NCBI GenBank assembly: GCA_963804165.1
Contig: CAWDPO010000002.1
Location: 96,001 to 160,000 of the forward strand
Reading direction: 5' to 3'
Length of the DNA: 64,000 bases
Source of the DNA: an uncultured delta proteobacterium
Lineage (GTDB): Bacteria > Desulfobacterota > Binatia > UBA9968
Under the pieces are notes generated by a model. The model was not told the DNA's origin, made no database searches, and saw nothing but the letters and a program-made list of their open reading frames with translations. A program made the translations under genes and the position numbers. Below are positions 21,108-32,548 of this stretch, piece by piece (the stretch's first letter is position 1; the number at the start of each line of letters is the position of its first letter).

Positions 21108-23550
21108 TTACGGTTGAGTGCCGATCGAGAAGCCGAGCACCGACGTATCGTCGCCGGATTTTTTACTGATCGGAAACCCGAGTTCGACGCGTAGCGGGCC
21201 AAACGGCGACATCCACCGTACGCCGGCGCCGACCGAGCGGCTGCAGATCACTGAAAAGTTAAACTTGTTCTCGAAGGAATTGCCCGTGTCGAAAAATGCC
21301 ACGCCGCGCAGTCCATACTGTTCCATAGATAGGAAACAACAACTCGGTATTGAACACTATCGCCTTATCCCCACCGACGACTTCGGTCGACGAGCACACG
21401 ACGTTCCGGTGGCGACCCGGATCAATCCGATGGGCTCCCGCGGTCCGATGGTACGATCTGCGAAACCGCGAATGGAGTTAATACCGCCAAGAAAATAGCG
21501 CTCGAAAAGAGGCAGATCTTTCTTGCCGTTGTTGCGTTCAGCTAAGCCCACTCCATAACCTACGGAACCTCCCAACGACAACACGTAGGCGCCGCCCCAG
21601 TTAGGATCCTTGAGCAATGGATAATACCAACGCCCGCTGACGTCGGACTTGATAAACCGCTACGTCACCGCCCAATCCTGCCATCTTAAAGGATAACCCG
21701 GACTTGAAGCCCTCGGTCGGGCTTAAAGAAATGATCGCGGCTATCGTAGCTGAGCCGCGGCGTCACGCTGCTCGTCAACGATTTACCTTTTTCCGCTATT
21801 GATCGACTCCGGCGCATTAGCTGATACATTTTTGATATTTTCATTTGTCAGATCGTAGGACAAACCGCCGCGCATATAATCCCAAATCGTCGGTCTGATC
21901 GTTGCTCGCCAGTAAAGTCCGAGCCTCGCTCTGCCTCCGGTTTACTCCCGTCCGAAGAACGGCATGCGAAAATCTTTCAAGCGGGTAGCTGCGAATTAAT
22001 CCCGAAACCGATCTTATCCTCATCGAAATCGAGTAAATTCCCGTTTCGTGTTAAACACATCCAAGCCCAGCGAAGACTTTGAATCGATAAAATAAGGATC
22101 GGTGACACTCAAGATATAGTCTTGGCGGCTCGTGCCGATGCTGAAATTGCCGCTCACGCCCTGTCCCCGGCCCGAAAAGTTTTTCTCCGAAACATTGGCA
22201 GTGAAGACAAAACCATCACCGCTGCTGTAACCGCCGCCAACTTGAAATGTTCCGGTCGGTCCCTCTTTTACGTCAACCAGCACATCGAGAGCGTCGGCTT
22301 GATCGGTTTTCTTTGTGGTGATCTGGACATCCTCGAAATAACCGGTTCGTTGCAGCGGCATTGTTACTCTGGGTGATTTTGTCACCCGAAAAAAGCTCTT
22401 GTTCGTTCGCGATCAATTCACGACGCACGACTTTGTCGCGGGTTTTGGTATTGCCGGTGACCAGCACTCGATTGAAATAAACCGGCGGGCCCTTGGTTGA
22501 TCACCAGCGCCACGTCGACATTTTTGTCGCCGGGATTGATCTTGGTCATCGGGTCGACTTGAACGAAAGCAAAGCCCTTGTTCGAATACATGTCGGACAG
22601 CGAGGTGACGTCTTCGCGCAAGCGGCTGCCGCGAAAAATTTGCCCGGTGGTGAGCTTGACTCGATTTCAACATCTTTTCCCGTCGTCGATCAATTCGCCG
22701 CCGATCTCGACTTTGCCGACCCGATACTGCGGCCCTTCTTTAATGCGAAAGATAACTTCCAGACCCGTCACGTGCCCGCAAAATCAGCCGGGATCATCGA
22801 TCTTGTGTTCGACGTAGCCATGATCATTGTAGTGATTGGAGAAGATCGCGACATCGTTCGTCAGCATGTCGCGATCGAGCACGCCACGATTCGTTATGAA
22901 TGAAAAAATCCACTCCTCTTTGGTGCCAATCAAGCCTTTGAGCTCACCCTGACGAAAAGGCCTTGATTCCCATCAAAGACACCTTCTTGATCAAAAGCCG
23001 ATTGCCTTCGATGATATCAAGAGTGACAACCGCTTGATTGTTAGCTTCGACTGAAACCGGATAATCGACCACCGCGTTCACATAACCTTGTTCACTGATA
23101 TAACTTTCGTACCTTTTCGACGCCTTCGGCGACTTTCGTCCGGTCCAAGATTGTGCGTGGGCCCACACCTAAAGCGGTTTCGATCTTTTCTTTCCGACAC
23201 TTGCGACGCGCCTTGAATCCTGACTTCGCGAATATACGGCTTTTCTTTGACCGCATAGGTCAGAACACCGTCCGGTGAGAGCTCGGCATGGACGTCGTCG
23301 AAAAAACCCATGCGAAAAATCGCTTTTACATCTTGATCAACGACCGCAGGATCGAAGCTTTCTCCCGCCCGGCTTTTCAGGTGCAGACGAATGCCGTCGT
23401 CTTCAACTCGACGTTGCCGCTAATGCGGATATCCTTCAGCGTGACTTTTTGTCGGTTTGGATCTTCAGCGGAAAACGTGCCGACGGCGAAAAACGACAAG
23501 AACAGGAAGCAAACAATCGCGGCATTTCGTGCGGTTTTGAAAAATTCCAT
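21108..23550 (-). CDS. bamA: Outer membrane protein assembly factor, frameshifted
   Basis: POTRA motifs (GNTKTRDKVVRRE, GYFEDV, VKEGPTG), YFLGGINSIRGF, WMSPFGPLR. Confidence 0.9.
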
Positions 23551-23637
23551 CAAGGCGTGCAAAACAGGTACCTTAAAATGCCAAAAGATTTCTAAATGTT
23601 TAGCAAAAACCGATACTTTTGTAAAGCCAAAATTGCA

Positions 23638-24317
23638 TTACTGGATCGCGGTCAGGTGGCCATCCTTCAGTTCCGCTTGCCGGCCGATCCTGTCGGCGAA
23701 TTGACGGTTGTGGGTGGCAACGATCAAGCCGATCCCTTGCTCTTCGTTCAGCCGGAACAGCAAACTCTGGACCTCCTCACCGATGCGCAAATCCAACGAT
23801 CCCGTGGGCTCGTCCGCCAAGACCAATTTCGGTTTGAGAATCACCGCTCGCGCCACAGCCACACGCTGCTGTTCGCCCCCGATAGCTTTCCCGGGCGATG
23901 GCTCATACGGGCCTTTAGCCCGACCAGTGCCAATAATTCGGTCGCATCGATTTTGGCTTGACTGGGATCGACCCCCCGTATGAGCGCCGGAAACATTACG
24001 TTCTCTAAAGCCGAGAAATCGGGCAATAGGTAATGAAACTGAAAAACAAAGCCGATTTGCTGATTGCGAAACTCACATAACGCAGTCTCGTCCGCGAGTG
24101 GCAATTCCTTGCCGCCAAATAGAATTTTGCCGCCGGTCGGCCGGTCCAGAGTGCCGAGAATATGCAGTAATGTGCTCTTTCCAACCCCCGACTCACCGAC
24201 GATCGCTAGACGCTCACCTTGGGCAATATCGAGATTCACCCCGCGCAATACATGAATCTCGTTGCCACCCTCGGTAAAGGATTTGCGTAAGTCTCGGACG
24301 GCGAGGAGATTACTCAT
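23638..24317 (-). CDS. lolD: Lipoprotein-releasing ABC ATPase, one frameshift near 23878
   Basis: [31 protein letters not shown] and LADEPTG. Confidence 0.9.
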
Positions 24318-25557
24318 AGCGGATGATTTCCACGGGGTCGAGCTTCGCAGCTTGACGCGCAGGGTAGATACTTGCGACCAAGCACACCGCAAACGACGTC
24401 AAAGCGACCAAGACGAAGTTGCTCAAGTAAATTCGCACCGGCACCGTGGAGATGAGAAACACGCCGTCCGGCAGTTGGAACCCATACTCGGAGATCAGAC
24501 CGCAGACCAGCAGTCCCAAGATCACGCCCATCGTCGTTCCGACCACGCCGATAATGCATCCTTTGAGCAAAAAGATTTTTCGGATGCTCTTTTGCGTAGC
24601 GCCCATCGAGCGTAATATCGCGATATCCTTTTTCTTTTCCATCACGACCATAACCAAGGTGGATACGATATTGAACGCGCCGATCAAAACCATCAACAGC
24701 AGCACCAAAAAATAGACTGTCTTTTCGAGTTTGAGCGCGGAAAAAAGGTTCGGCCAAAGCCGCGTCCAATCCTCAGCAAAGTAAGGAAAGCCTAAACGCC
24801 TTTGAATCTGGTCGGCGATCTGGCGCGATTGATTGACGTCGCGGATTCTAATCTCAATGTTTGTGACGGCGTTGCCAAGCTCGAAAAACTTTTGCGCGTC
24901 GGTAAGCGACATGATCACCAAAGTAGAATCGATCTCGCTCATGCCGGTTTTGAGGATGCCCGTTATGACGAATCGCCGTACTTTCGGAATTACACCGATC
25001 GCCGTCGGGCTCCCCAAAGGCGATACGACTTGCACCGGACTGCCAAGAAAAACGCCCAACTGGTTGGCCAATCGCTCGCCGAGGATAATTCCCGGAAGCA
25101 AAACGGTGCGCTCCTCGACTCGGATGGGCCGCGGCGTTTTGAACCCGTCGAGGCTTCCTTCTTTGATGTAGCTTTGTAAGTTGACGACGCTGTTGACTCG
25201 GTCCGGATCGACGCCGCGCACCACGACACCGGAGACCCTCGAGCCCGCGGTCAGCATGACCTGGCCATAGATCGTCGGTGTGGCCGCAACGACGCCATTT
25301 TCTTTGACCACTTGCTGCATCAATCGCTCGTAGTCTTGCAGCTGGTCCCCCGACTTGACCAGCGCGATATGCGCGTTGATCCCGAGCAGACGATCGCGCA
25401 GGGTTTCCTCGAAACCGGTCATCACGGCCATCACGACGTTGAGAGTCATCACGCCGATCATGACGCCGAGCACCGAGATCAGCGTGATGAGCGAAATGAA
25501 AGTTTCTTGCCGACGCGCCTGCAGATAGCGCAGGCCGATGAACAATTCGTATTTCAT
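24310..25557 (-). CDS. lolE: Lipoprotein-releasing ABC permease, LolC/E family
   Basis: FIGLRYL...FISLITLIS, FNIVSTLVMVVMEKKKDIAILRSMGA and YPARQAA. Confidence 0.9.
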   Translation of the reverse strand: MKYELFIGLRYLQARRQETFISLITLISVLGVMIGVMTLNVVMAVMTGFEETLRDRLLGINAHIALVKSGDQLQDYERLMQQVVKENGVVAATPTIYGQVMLTAGSRVSGVVVRGVDPDRVNSVVNLQSYIKEGSLDGFKTPRPIRVEERTVLLPGIILGERLANQLGVFLGSPVQVVSPLGSPTAIGVIPKVRRFVITGILKTGMSEIDSTLVIMSLTDAQKFFELGNAVTNIEIRIRDVNQSRQIADQIQRRLGFPYFAEDWTRLWPNLFSALKLEKTVYFLVLLLMVLIGAFNIVSTLVMVVMEKKKDIAILRSMGATQKSIRKIFLLKGCIIGVVGTTMGVILGLLVCGLISEYGFQLPDGVFLISTVPVRIYLSNFVLVALTSFAVCLVASIYPARQAAKLDPVEIIRYE

Positions 25558-25575
25558 AGGGTGAAATAATTCCGC

Positions 25576-27082
25576 TTAACGTTGCGGTCGGAGCAACGGA
25601 AAGAGAATGACGTCTCGAATGGATGCGGAATTGGTGAACAACATTACCAGACGGTCGATTCCGATGCCCTCCCCTGCGGCCGGCGGCATGCCGTATTCGA
25701 GCGCGCGCACGTAGTCGTCGTCGATCGGATTCGCCGTGTCGTCGCCGGACTCCCGCGCCGCCATCTGTTGCAAAAACCGCTCGCGCTGATCGGCCGGATC
25801 GTTGAGCTCAGAAAACGCATTGGCCAATTCGCGGCCGCCGATATATAACTCGAACCGATCCACCATCGCCGGGTTCACTTCGTTTTTACGCGCCAAAGGC
25901 GAGACCTCGATCGGATAGCCCGTGATGAACGTCGGCTGGATCAATTGCGCCTCGGCAACGTTTTCGAAAATTTCCACCAAGGCATTGCCGTACGGCGCGC
26001 TCGAATCGATCTGCAGACCTCTTTTCTGGGCGTATCGATGGAGCCCATCCAAGGTGTCGACATCCTCGTCTTGCGCGTCCCCGTGAGTGATAATCGCTTG
26101 ACGAAGCGTCAGCCGGCGCCAGGGCGCGGATAGATCGATGACCTGATCACCGTAGGTCACTTGCAGCGCACCGATCACTTCTTTTGCCAACGTGACAAAA
26201 AGCTCCTCGGTCAATTGCATCAAGTCATCGAAGGTCGCATAAGCCTGGTAAAATTCAACCATGGTAAACTCAGGGTTGTGACGCACCGAAATGCCCTCGT
26301 TGCGGAAATTGCGATTCAGTTCGAAGACCCGTTCAAAGCCGCCCACGACCAGGCGCTTCAGGAAAAGTTCCGGCGCCACGCGCAGGTACAGCTCCATATC
26401 GAGCGTATTATGGTGCGTAATAAACGGCCGCGCCGCCGCGCCGCCGGGGATCGGCTGCATCATCGGCGTTTCGACTTCGAGGAAGTCGCGCTCCTCGAAA
26501 AACCGGCGCAATGCTCGAATGATCCGCGAACGCGTCTCGAATACCTGGCGCACTTCCGGATTCACCATAAGGTCGACATAGCGCTGACGATAGCGCACCT
26601 CTACGTCGGCCAAACCGTGCCACTTTTCCGGCAGCGGCCGCAAACATTTCGTCAGCAGGCGTAACCCTTCGGCCTCGAGAGTCAGCTCGTTGGTTCGCGT
26701 GCGAAACAAATGGCCCGAAACACCGACGATATCGCCCATATCCAGAGTCCGAAATAATCCGTAAACGTCTTCGCCAACCCGATTCTGCTGAATGTAGATT
26801 TGCAAGCGTCCGCGGCGATCCTGGATGTGAAAGAACGAAGCTTTGCCCATGCGCCGAATTGCCATGATGCGGCCCGCGATTCGGATATCCTTCGGCGCCG
26901 CGGCAAGCTCTTCCTCGCCGCCGGCGGCGAATTTATTAGAAATTTCCGATGGAGTGTGGGTCGGTTTGAAGTCGTTGGGATAGGCGACCGCCCCGCGTAG
27001 CCTTGAGTTTCGCGAGCTTCTGTTTGCGGACTTCCACTTGCTCGCTGTTGTCTTCGCTTAAAATTTGGTCTTTGGCTGCCAT
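25576..27082 (-). CDS. lysS: Lysine--tRNA ligase (class II), N-terminus frameshifted
   Basis: RRMGKASF, RYRQRY, YLRVAPELFLKRL, FRNEG and GMPPAAGEGIGIDRL; upstream YPNDF segment and ATG at 27082. Confidence 0.95.
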
Positions 27083-27142
27083 TTTGCCTCGCCGCGCGCA
27101 CAAGCGCCCTGATTCGCGCTGGTTTGAATTTTCGCCGAAGGA

Positions 27143-28006
27143 TTACAATCCGAGATTTTTGCAGATCGCTTTAACGGAGTAGGACTTGTTCAATGAATAA
27201 AAGTGAAGCCCCGCGACACCGAATTTGATCAATTCCTCGCACTGGCGAGTCGCGTATTCGACCCCTAACTCGATTGCGGCTTCATCGTCATGCTCGACCT
27301 TGGCCAGCTCCTGCTCTAGTTTCGCCGGAATTTTTGCACCGCACAACGCAGTAAACCGGCGCACTTGCGGCGCTGACAAAATCGGCAACACCCCGGGCAC
27401 GATGGGCACGCGCACGCCCAGTTTTGTCAGATCCTCGGCAAACCGATAATAATCGTCATTGTCAAAAAATAACTGGGTAATCACCACGGCCGCACCGGCA
27501 TCGACCTTTTCCTTTAAGAACTTCATATCCGACGCGCGACTTTCGGCGCGCGGATGAACCTCAGGGAAACCTGCCACGCCGATCGAAAATGCGCCGACGG
27601 CGACGGCCTCGCGCACCAGCTCGACGGCGTGCTGAAAGCCATCCGGGTGCGGCTGCCAATCCGCCATTCCTTGCGGTGGATCACCGCCCAGCGCAAGCAG
27701 GTTTTCAATTCCCTTACTTTTGAGCCGGCTCAAGATCACACGGGCTTCGGTTTTCGACTGTCCGACCACGGTTAAATGACACATAACCTCCAGACCGCAG
27801 CCGTCGTGAATGGTTTCGACAATATCGATGGTTTTTTCGCGCGTGCTTCCGCCCGCCCCGTACGTAACAGAACAAAAGCCAGGATTGAGCCTCTTGATCG
27901 TTTCAATCTCGCTAAAGAGGTTTTCCTCGCCTTTTTCCGTCTTTGGAGGAAAGAACTCGACCGATAGGGTCAGCCCAGGCTGGGCATACAGGTCGGCTAA
28001 CTTCAC
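27143..28006 (-). CDS. metF: 5,10-methylenetetrahydrofolate reductase
   Basis: SVEFFPPK, SVTYGAGGSTR, GDPP, ITQLFFD and HFYSLN. Confidence 0.95.
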   Translation of the reverse strand: MKLADLYAQPGLTLSVEFFPPKTEKGEENLFSEIETIKRLNPGFCSVTYGAGGSTREKTIDIVETIHDGCGLEVMCHLTVVGQSKTEARVILSRLKSKGIENLLALGGDPPQGMADWQPHPDGFQHAVELVREAVAVGAFSIGVAGFPEVHPRAESRASDMKFLKEKVDAGAAVVITQLFFDNDDYYRFAEDLTKLGVRVPIVPGVLPILSAPQVRRFTALCGAKIPAKLEQELAKVEHDDEAAIELGVEYATRQCEELIKFGVAGLHFYSLNKSYSVKAICKNLGL

Positions 28007-28107
28007 ACAAGTCCTTGATGACTACCTTCGGCGTAGCGCTATTAGTAGCACAATGTTTTGCGCCGGACAATTGGCACGCAAAACGAAATAAAGGATCTTC
28101 TTAGACG

Positions 28108-28518
28108 TTATTGCCGGTTAACCCGCTCACGGGCGGCAAGCGGATCGCAGTTGGAACCGGCTTCGGGCGTGATAAGCGGGCGGAGGGAATCCGTATGCTT
28201 GAGCAGCGCAGCCTTGATACTCTCATCCACCTGATAAAATTCCAATGTTTCCTTAAATATTTGCCGGCGACGCGCAAAATGACCTCCCATGATCGGATGA
28301 TTCGCGTGCACTTTGCCGAGCGGTCGACCCTGATATTCAATACCGGCGCCGAGAAATTCCGCCGCGAGCTGATATTCTAATTCTTTAATCCGTTGTCGGT
28401 CGGCGTTGCGAAAGAAAAACCCGATCATGCGATCGGCAAAGACACGGTCGATAAACGTGCTGATAATCAGGCGCAGCCGGTTTTCGCCGCCGATCTTTTC
28501 GAAAAGACTTGCATTCAT
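28108..28518 (-). CDS. Group I truncated haemoglobin-like protein
   Basis: SLFEKIGG, DRMIGFFF, FLG..YQGR.L..VH (proximal His); ATG at 28518. Confidence 0.8.
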   Translation of the reverse strand: MNASLFEKIGGENRLRLIISTFIDRVFADRMIGFFFRNADRQRIKELEYQLAAEFLGAGIEYQGRPLGKVHANHPIMGGHFARRRQIFKETLEFYQVDESIKAALLKHTDSLRPLITPEAGSNCDPLAARERVNRQ

Positions 28519-28544
28519 GCGAACATTGACACGATTTCCGACCG

Positions 28545-28865
28545 TCACATCATCCCGAGTTGCAGACGCGCAGCCTCCGACATTTTGCTCGGGTCCCAAG
28601 GCGGCTCCCAGACGAGATCGATTTTCGCGTCGGTGACGCCGTCGACGGCCCTCACTTTGGCTTCGATCTCGGCCGGTAGAGATTGTACGGCGGGGCAATG
28701 GGGTGAGGTGAGCGTCATTTGTATTGTCACAGTGCCTTCGGCGCTCACTTTCACGTCGTAAACCAACCCCAGCTCATAAATATTGACGGGAATTTCCGGG
28801 TCGAAGCAAGACCGTAGAGCTTCCACGACCTGCGCTTCGATAATCGTTTCGTTGATACTTTCCAT
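28545..28865 (-). CDS. DUF59/MIP18 Fe-S assembly protein (short form)
   Basis: DPEIPVNIYELGLVY, TLTSPHCP and VWEPPW motifs. Confidence 0.9.
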   Translation of the reverse strand: MESINETIIEAQVVEALRSCFDPEIPVNIYELGLVYDVKVSAEGTVTIQMTLTSPHCPAVQSLPAEIEAKVRAVDGVTDAKIDLVWEPPWDPSKMSEAARLQLGMM

Positions 28866-28886
28866 TTGCAACTATCACCTTACGTG

Positions 28887-29444
28887 TTATTCGATACCCA
28901 ATTGCTGTTTCGCAGAGATCGAGATCATGCTCTGATTCCACGGCGGATCCCACACGAGCTCGACGTCGGCCTCGCGCACTCCGGGCACGGCGAGCAATCT
29001 TTTTTTGATATCGTCCTTGAGAAATTCCCCCATGCCGCAACCTTGCGCGGTCAACGTGAAGCGCACCACCGCTTTGTGCCCGCCATCCGCAAGCGGCCGC
29101 ACGTCACAGTCATAGATTAGACCCAGATCGACAATATTAACCGGAATCTCGGGATCAAAACACGAGCGTAGCTCACTCCAAACGAGTTCATCAATGGAGC
29201 CGGATGATATTTTTTCCGCCGGTTGCCAACGAGTTTCGTCGTCTCGCGGAGGTAGACCGAGCGCATCGCCGTCTTTGCCGTCGATCCGCACATTATAGCC
29301 GCGCTCGGTCATCACCGTATAAGTGCCGCCCAGCGCTTGAGTCAGCCAAACCGTGCTCCCGACAATCAACGTTATCCGCTCGCCGCTTGGAACCATTACC
29401 GCATTGCAAGCGCGCTTGAGTTTGATCGGCTCTTCCGTAATCAT
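28887..29444 (-). CDS. sufT: Fe-S cluster assembly protein SufT (extended DUF59)
   Basis: TQALGGTYTV...RIDGKDGDALG N-terminal domain plus DPEIPVNIVDLGLIY and TLTAQGCGMG. Confidence 0.85.
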   Translation of the reverse strand: MITEEPIKLKRACNAVMVPSGERITLIVGSTVWLTQALGGTYTVMTERGYNVRIDGKDGDALGLPPRDDETRWQPAEKISSGSIDELVWSELRSCFDPEIPVNIVDLGLIYDCDVRPLADGGHKAVVRFTLTAQGCGMGEFLKDDIKKRLLAVPGVREADVELVWDPPWNQSMISISAKQQLGIE

Positions 29445-29476
29445 TGGCTTACCCCCTCGCACCGCGATCGAGCGCG

Positions 29477-29929
29477 TCACTCCGTGGTTGCCGGCTGAGT
29501 TTCGCCGTGCAGCGCCGCGTTGACTGTATGCCAAGCCAAGCTGGCACACTTCACCCGCGCCGGGAATTTACAGACACCGGATAGAATCGTAAGCTTGCCC
29601 ACTCTCTTAGCCGCGGCGTCTGCGCCGTCCTCGCCGGTCAACATTTTGTGCACGCTCTCAAAGAGCTCATTGGCCGCAGCTTCGGTCTTGCCCTTGAGCT
29701 CGGCAGTCATGATCGAAGCCGATGCTTTGGAGATCGCGCAACCCGAGCCCTGAAATGTAATGTCCCGAATGACGCCATTGTCCAGATGTAGATACACCGT
29801 GACGTGATCGCCGCATAGAGGATTATAGCCCTCCGCCTTGCGGTTGGCATCGGCCATTACCCGATAGTTCCGCGGACTCTTATTATGGTCCAGGATGACT
29901 TCCTGATACAGCTCGTCCAGATCCGACAT
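29477..29929 (-). CDS. sufU: SUF system sulfur-transfer/scaffold protein
   Basis: LYQEVILDH, NPLCGD, GSGCAIS and RVKCA. Confidence 0.95.
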   Translation of the reverse strand: MSDLDELYQEVILDHNKSPRNYRVMADANRKAEGYNPLCGDHVTVYLHLDNGVIRDITFQGSGCAISKASASIMTAELKGKTEAAANELFESVHKMLTGEDGADAAAKRVGKLTILSGVCKFPARVKCASLAWHTVNAALHGETQPATTE

Positions 29930-31203
29930 CAGCCAAAAACTTTCCGAACTCGATGGATGGCTCGCGCCAGCACATCGATTTCTTCAATCGTGTTGTAAAA
30001 AGCAAACGACGCGCGCGTGGTCGCCGGCACGCCGAAGCGCTGCATCACCGGCATGGCACAATGATGTCCCGCGCGCACCGCTACGCCTTCCTGATCGAGA
30101 ATCGTGCCAACATCGTGCGCGTGCACGTGGTCCAAAACAAATGACAGCACGCCGGCTTTTTCCTTTGCGGTGCCGATGATGCGCACGCCATCAATGCTCG
30201 CGAGGGCGTCCGTCGCGCAGCGAAGAAGCCGTTGCTCATGCGTCACTAGCGCGTCCCAATCGAGCGCCAGCAAATAGTCGATCGTCGCGCCCAAGCCGAT
30301 CCCGCCGGCGATATGCGGCGTGCCAGCTTCGAACTTGTACGGCAAAACATTGTAATGGGTTTTCTCGAAGGTCACCAGGCTGATCATGTCGCCGCCACCC
30401 TGATACGGCGGCATTTTTTCCAGCAGCTCGGCGCGTCCGTAAAGCACACCGACGCCAGTCGGCCCGAACATCTTATGGCCGGAAAATGCGTAAAAATCAC
30501 AGTCGAGATCCTGTACGTCGACTCTCAAGTGCGGTACCGCCTGGGCGCCGTCGAGCAGAACAGGCACACCCCGCTCATGCGCCAATGCGACAACCTCTTT
30601 GACTGGCACGATTGTTCCGAGTGCATTGGAAACATGGGTTATCGAGACAAACTTGGTCTTATCGTTTAACAGTCGACAGAACTCTTCCATCACCAGCTCG
30701 CCGTCGTGATTGATTGGAATGACCCGCAGCTTCGCGCCGACCTGCTCGCACAGTATTTGCCATGGCACGATGTTAGAGTGATGCTCCATCGCCGAAACGA
30801 TGATTTCGTCGCCGGACTTTAAGAAGCTACGTCCGTAGCTTTGCGCGACCAGATTGATGGCTTCGGTCGTGCCGCGAACGTAAATAATTTCCTTGTCGGA
30901 ACGGGCGTTGATGTAGCGTCGGATTTTATCCCGCGCCGCTTCGTAGGCCGCCGTGGCCCGTTCACTCAAATGATGCACGCCGCGGTGAATATTGGAATTC
31001 TCAGCGCTGTAATAAGCAACGAGGGCGTCGATCACGCTTTGGGGCTTTTGGCTAGTCGCGCCGTTATCGAGATAGACCAGCGGCTTGCCGTGAACTTTCT
31101 GCTTGAGGATCGGAAAATCCTCGCGCAGTCGCATCACATCGAAGTCCCTGGATTGAGTGCGAGAATCAGGCAAATGAGATACTGCTTTCATGATAACACT
31201 CAA
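29929..31203 (-). CDS. sufS: Cysteine desulfurase
   Basis: [21 protein letters not shown] and VRAGHHCA (group II). Confidence 0.95.
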   Translation of the reverse strand: MSVIMKAVSHLPDSRTQSRDFDVMRLREDFPILKQKVHGKPLVYLDNGATSQKPQSVIDALVAYYSAENSNIHRGVHHLSERATAAYEAARDKIRRYINARSDKEIIYVRGTTEAINLVAQSYGRSFLKSGDEIIVSAMEHHSNIVPWQILCEQVGAKLRVIPINHDGELVMEEFCRLLNDKTKFVSITHVSNALGTIVPVKEVVALAHERGVPVLLDGAQAVPHLRVDVQDLDCDFYAFSGHKMFGPTGVGVLYGRAELLEKMPPYQGGGDMISLVTFEKTHYNVLPYKFEAGTPHIAGGIGLGATIDYLLALDWDALVTHEQRLLRCATDALASIDGVRIIGTAKEKAGVLSFVLDHVHAHDVGTILDQEGVAVRAGHHCAMPVMQRFGVPATTRASFAFYNTIEEIDVLARAIHRVRKVFG

Positions 31204-32519
31204 TCCCTGCGAAATTTCGCCACCAGGTAATCGTTTAATTGCCGGCGCAAAGAATCGATTCTAATCCGCCCGACCACGTCGCCGGCAAAGGCGAAGGTCA
31301 AAAGACTCCGCGCTTCCTTCAGGTCAAGGCCGCGCGAACGGAGATAAAACAAAGCATCGGCGTCCATTTGGCCGATGGTCGAGCCGTGGCTGCATTTGAC
31401 GTCGTCGGCATAAATTTCCAATTGCGGCTTGGTATTCACCACGGCGTTTTCGGACAGCAGCAAATTCTTATTGACCTGCCGCGCGTCTGATTTTTGCGCG
31501 TCTTTGTGCACGACGATCTTGCCGTTAAAGACACCATGCGCCGCGCCGTCCAAAATCCCCTTATAGAATTCGAAACTGCTGGCGTGCGGCTTGAGATGAT
31601 CGATTTCGGTAAAGGTATCGACATGCTGCTTGTCACCGGCCAGGTAAAGACCGTTGAGCACGCATTCTGCGCCCTCGCCATTCAAAGCCACGTGGACGTT
31701 GTTGCGAACCCACGATCCGCTCAGCGTTACCGCGTGGGCCGTCAGACGGGCACCGCGATTTAAGTCGGCCTCCAGCACTCCCATGTGAAAAGCGGCTTGC
31801 CCCTCCCGCTGCAGGCGATAATGCTCGACTGACGCATCCGCCTCTGCGATCAATTCCGTGACCGCGTTGCAAAAATAACTGCCGCCGTTTGCGCCGACGT
31901 AGCTCTCGACAATTTTCGTTTCGCTGCCGGCGCCGAGAAAGATGAGCGTGCGCGGATGCGAAACCAACTGCCCCGCACCGCCGCTCGACGCGTAAATCAA
32001 GTAGATCGGCTGCGCCAAACGACAACCCGATGGAACTACAACAACCGCGCCGTCGCCCATAAACGCGGTATTGAGCGCCACGAAAGCGTGACTTGTAGGG
32101 TTGGCATGACGCCCGAGCTGAGCCGGCAAAAGCGGGTCGTCGCGCTTGACCATATCTGCTAGGCTTGCGAGTCGCACTCCCTGAGGCAGATCTTGCCCGG
32201 AAGAAATTTCGCGCGCCCACGCTCCGTTGACGAAACCCAAACGAGGACAAGCGGGGTCGGCAAATCCTCGCGTAATCACTTCCTCGGCATTGATACCTGT
32301 CGCGGCGCCGTTCGCCTGCGCGAAAGGCAACGACGCGATTGGCTCGACGCTGGTGTATTTCCAGTCTTCGTCTTTCGTCGTCGGAAATCCCCGTGCCGCA
32401 AAGCTCGCGATTCCCGCCCGGCGCAGTTCCTTGAGCCAAGCTGGAGCGTTGGCGTTTCCATTCGACTGCCACTGCTCGAAGGCCGCCAGATATCGCTCTT
32501 TACTTTCCGCAGCGATCAT
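31200..32519 (-). CDS. sufD: Fe-S cluster assembly protein
   Basis: [24 protein letters not shown] and [16 protein letters not shown] (SufD, not SufB). Confidence 0.9.
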   Translation of the reverse strand: MIAAESKERYLAAFEQWQSNGNANAPAWLKELRRAGIASFAARGFPTTKDEDWKYTSVEPIASLPFAQANGAATGINAEEVITRGFADPACPRLGFVNGAWAREISSGQDLPQGVRLASLADMVKRDDPLLPAQLGRHANPTSHAFVALNTAFMGDGAVVVVPSGCRLAQPIYLIYASSGGAGQLVSHPRTLIFLGAGSETKIVESYVGANGGSYFCNAVTELIAEADASVEHYRLQREGQAAFHMGVLEADLNRGARLTAHAVTLSGSWVRNNVHVALNGEGAECVLNGLYLAGDKQHVDTFTEIDHLKPHASSFEFYKGILDGAAHGVFNGKIVVHKDAQKSDARQVNKNLLLSENAVVNTKPQLEIYADDVKCSHGSTIGQMDADALFYLRSRGLDLKEARSLLTFAFAGDVVGRIRIDSLRRQLNDYLVAKFRRD

Positions 32520-32548
32520 ATTCTTTCCAACTATAAGGGACGTGTGAC

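Noticed and set aside
13457-23550. Programmed frameshifting or true pseudogenisation of lipid A and Bam genes
   Set aside because: Indels are numerous, irregular and hit essential genes, with no consistent slippery motif; sequencing error is simpler.
28070-28090. Sigma54 promoter at TTGGCACG
   Set aside because: No TTGC at -12, and it points antisense to the flanking genes.
28007-28107. SAM or other riboswitch upstream of metF
   Set aside because: The spacer is about 100 bp and includes a probable promoter; no SAM-I, SAM-II or SAM-SAH consensus was seen.
28519-28698. N-terminal extension of the globin in the ORF track (also long extensions on hisS, GT4, sufT and sufC)
   Set aside because: The extensions overlap upstream genes; downstream starts match the family N-termini.
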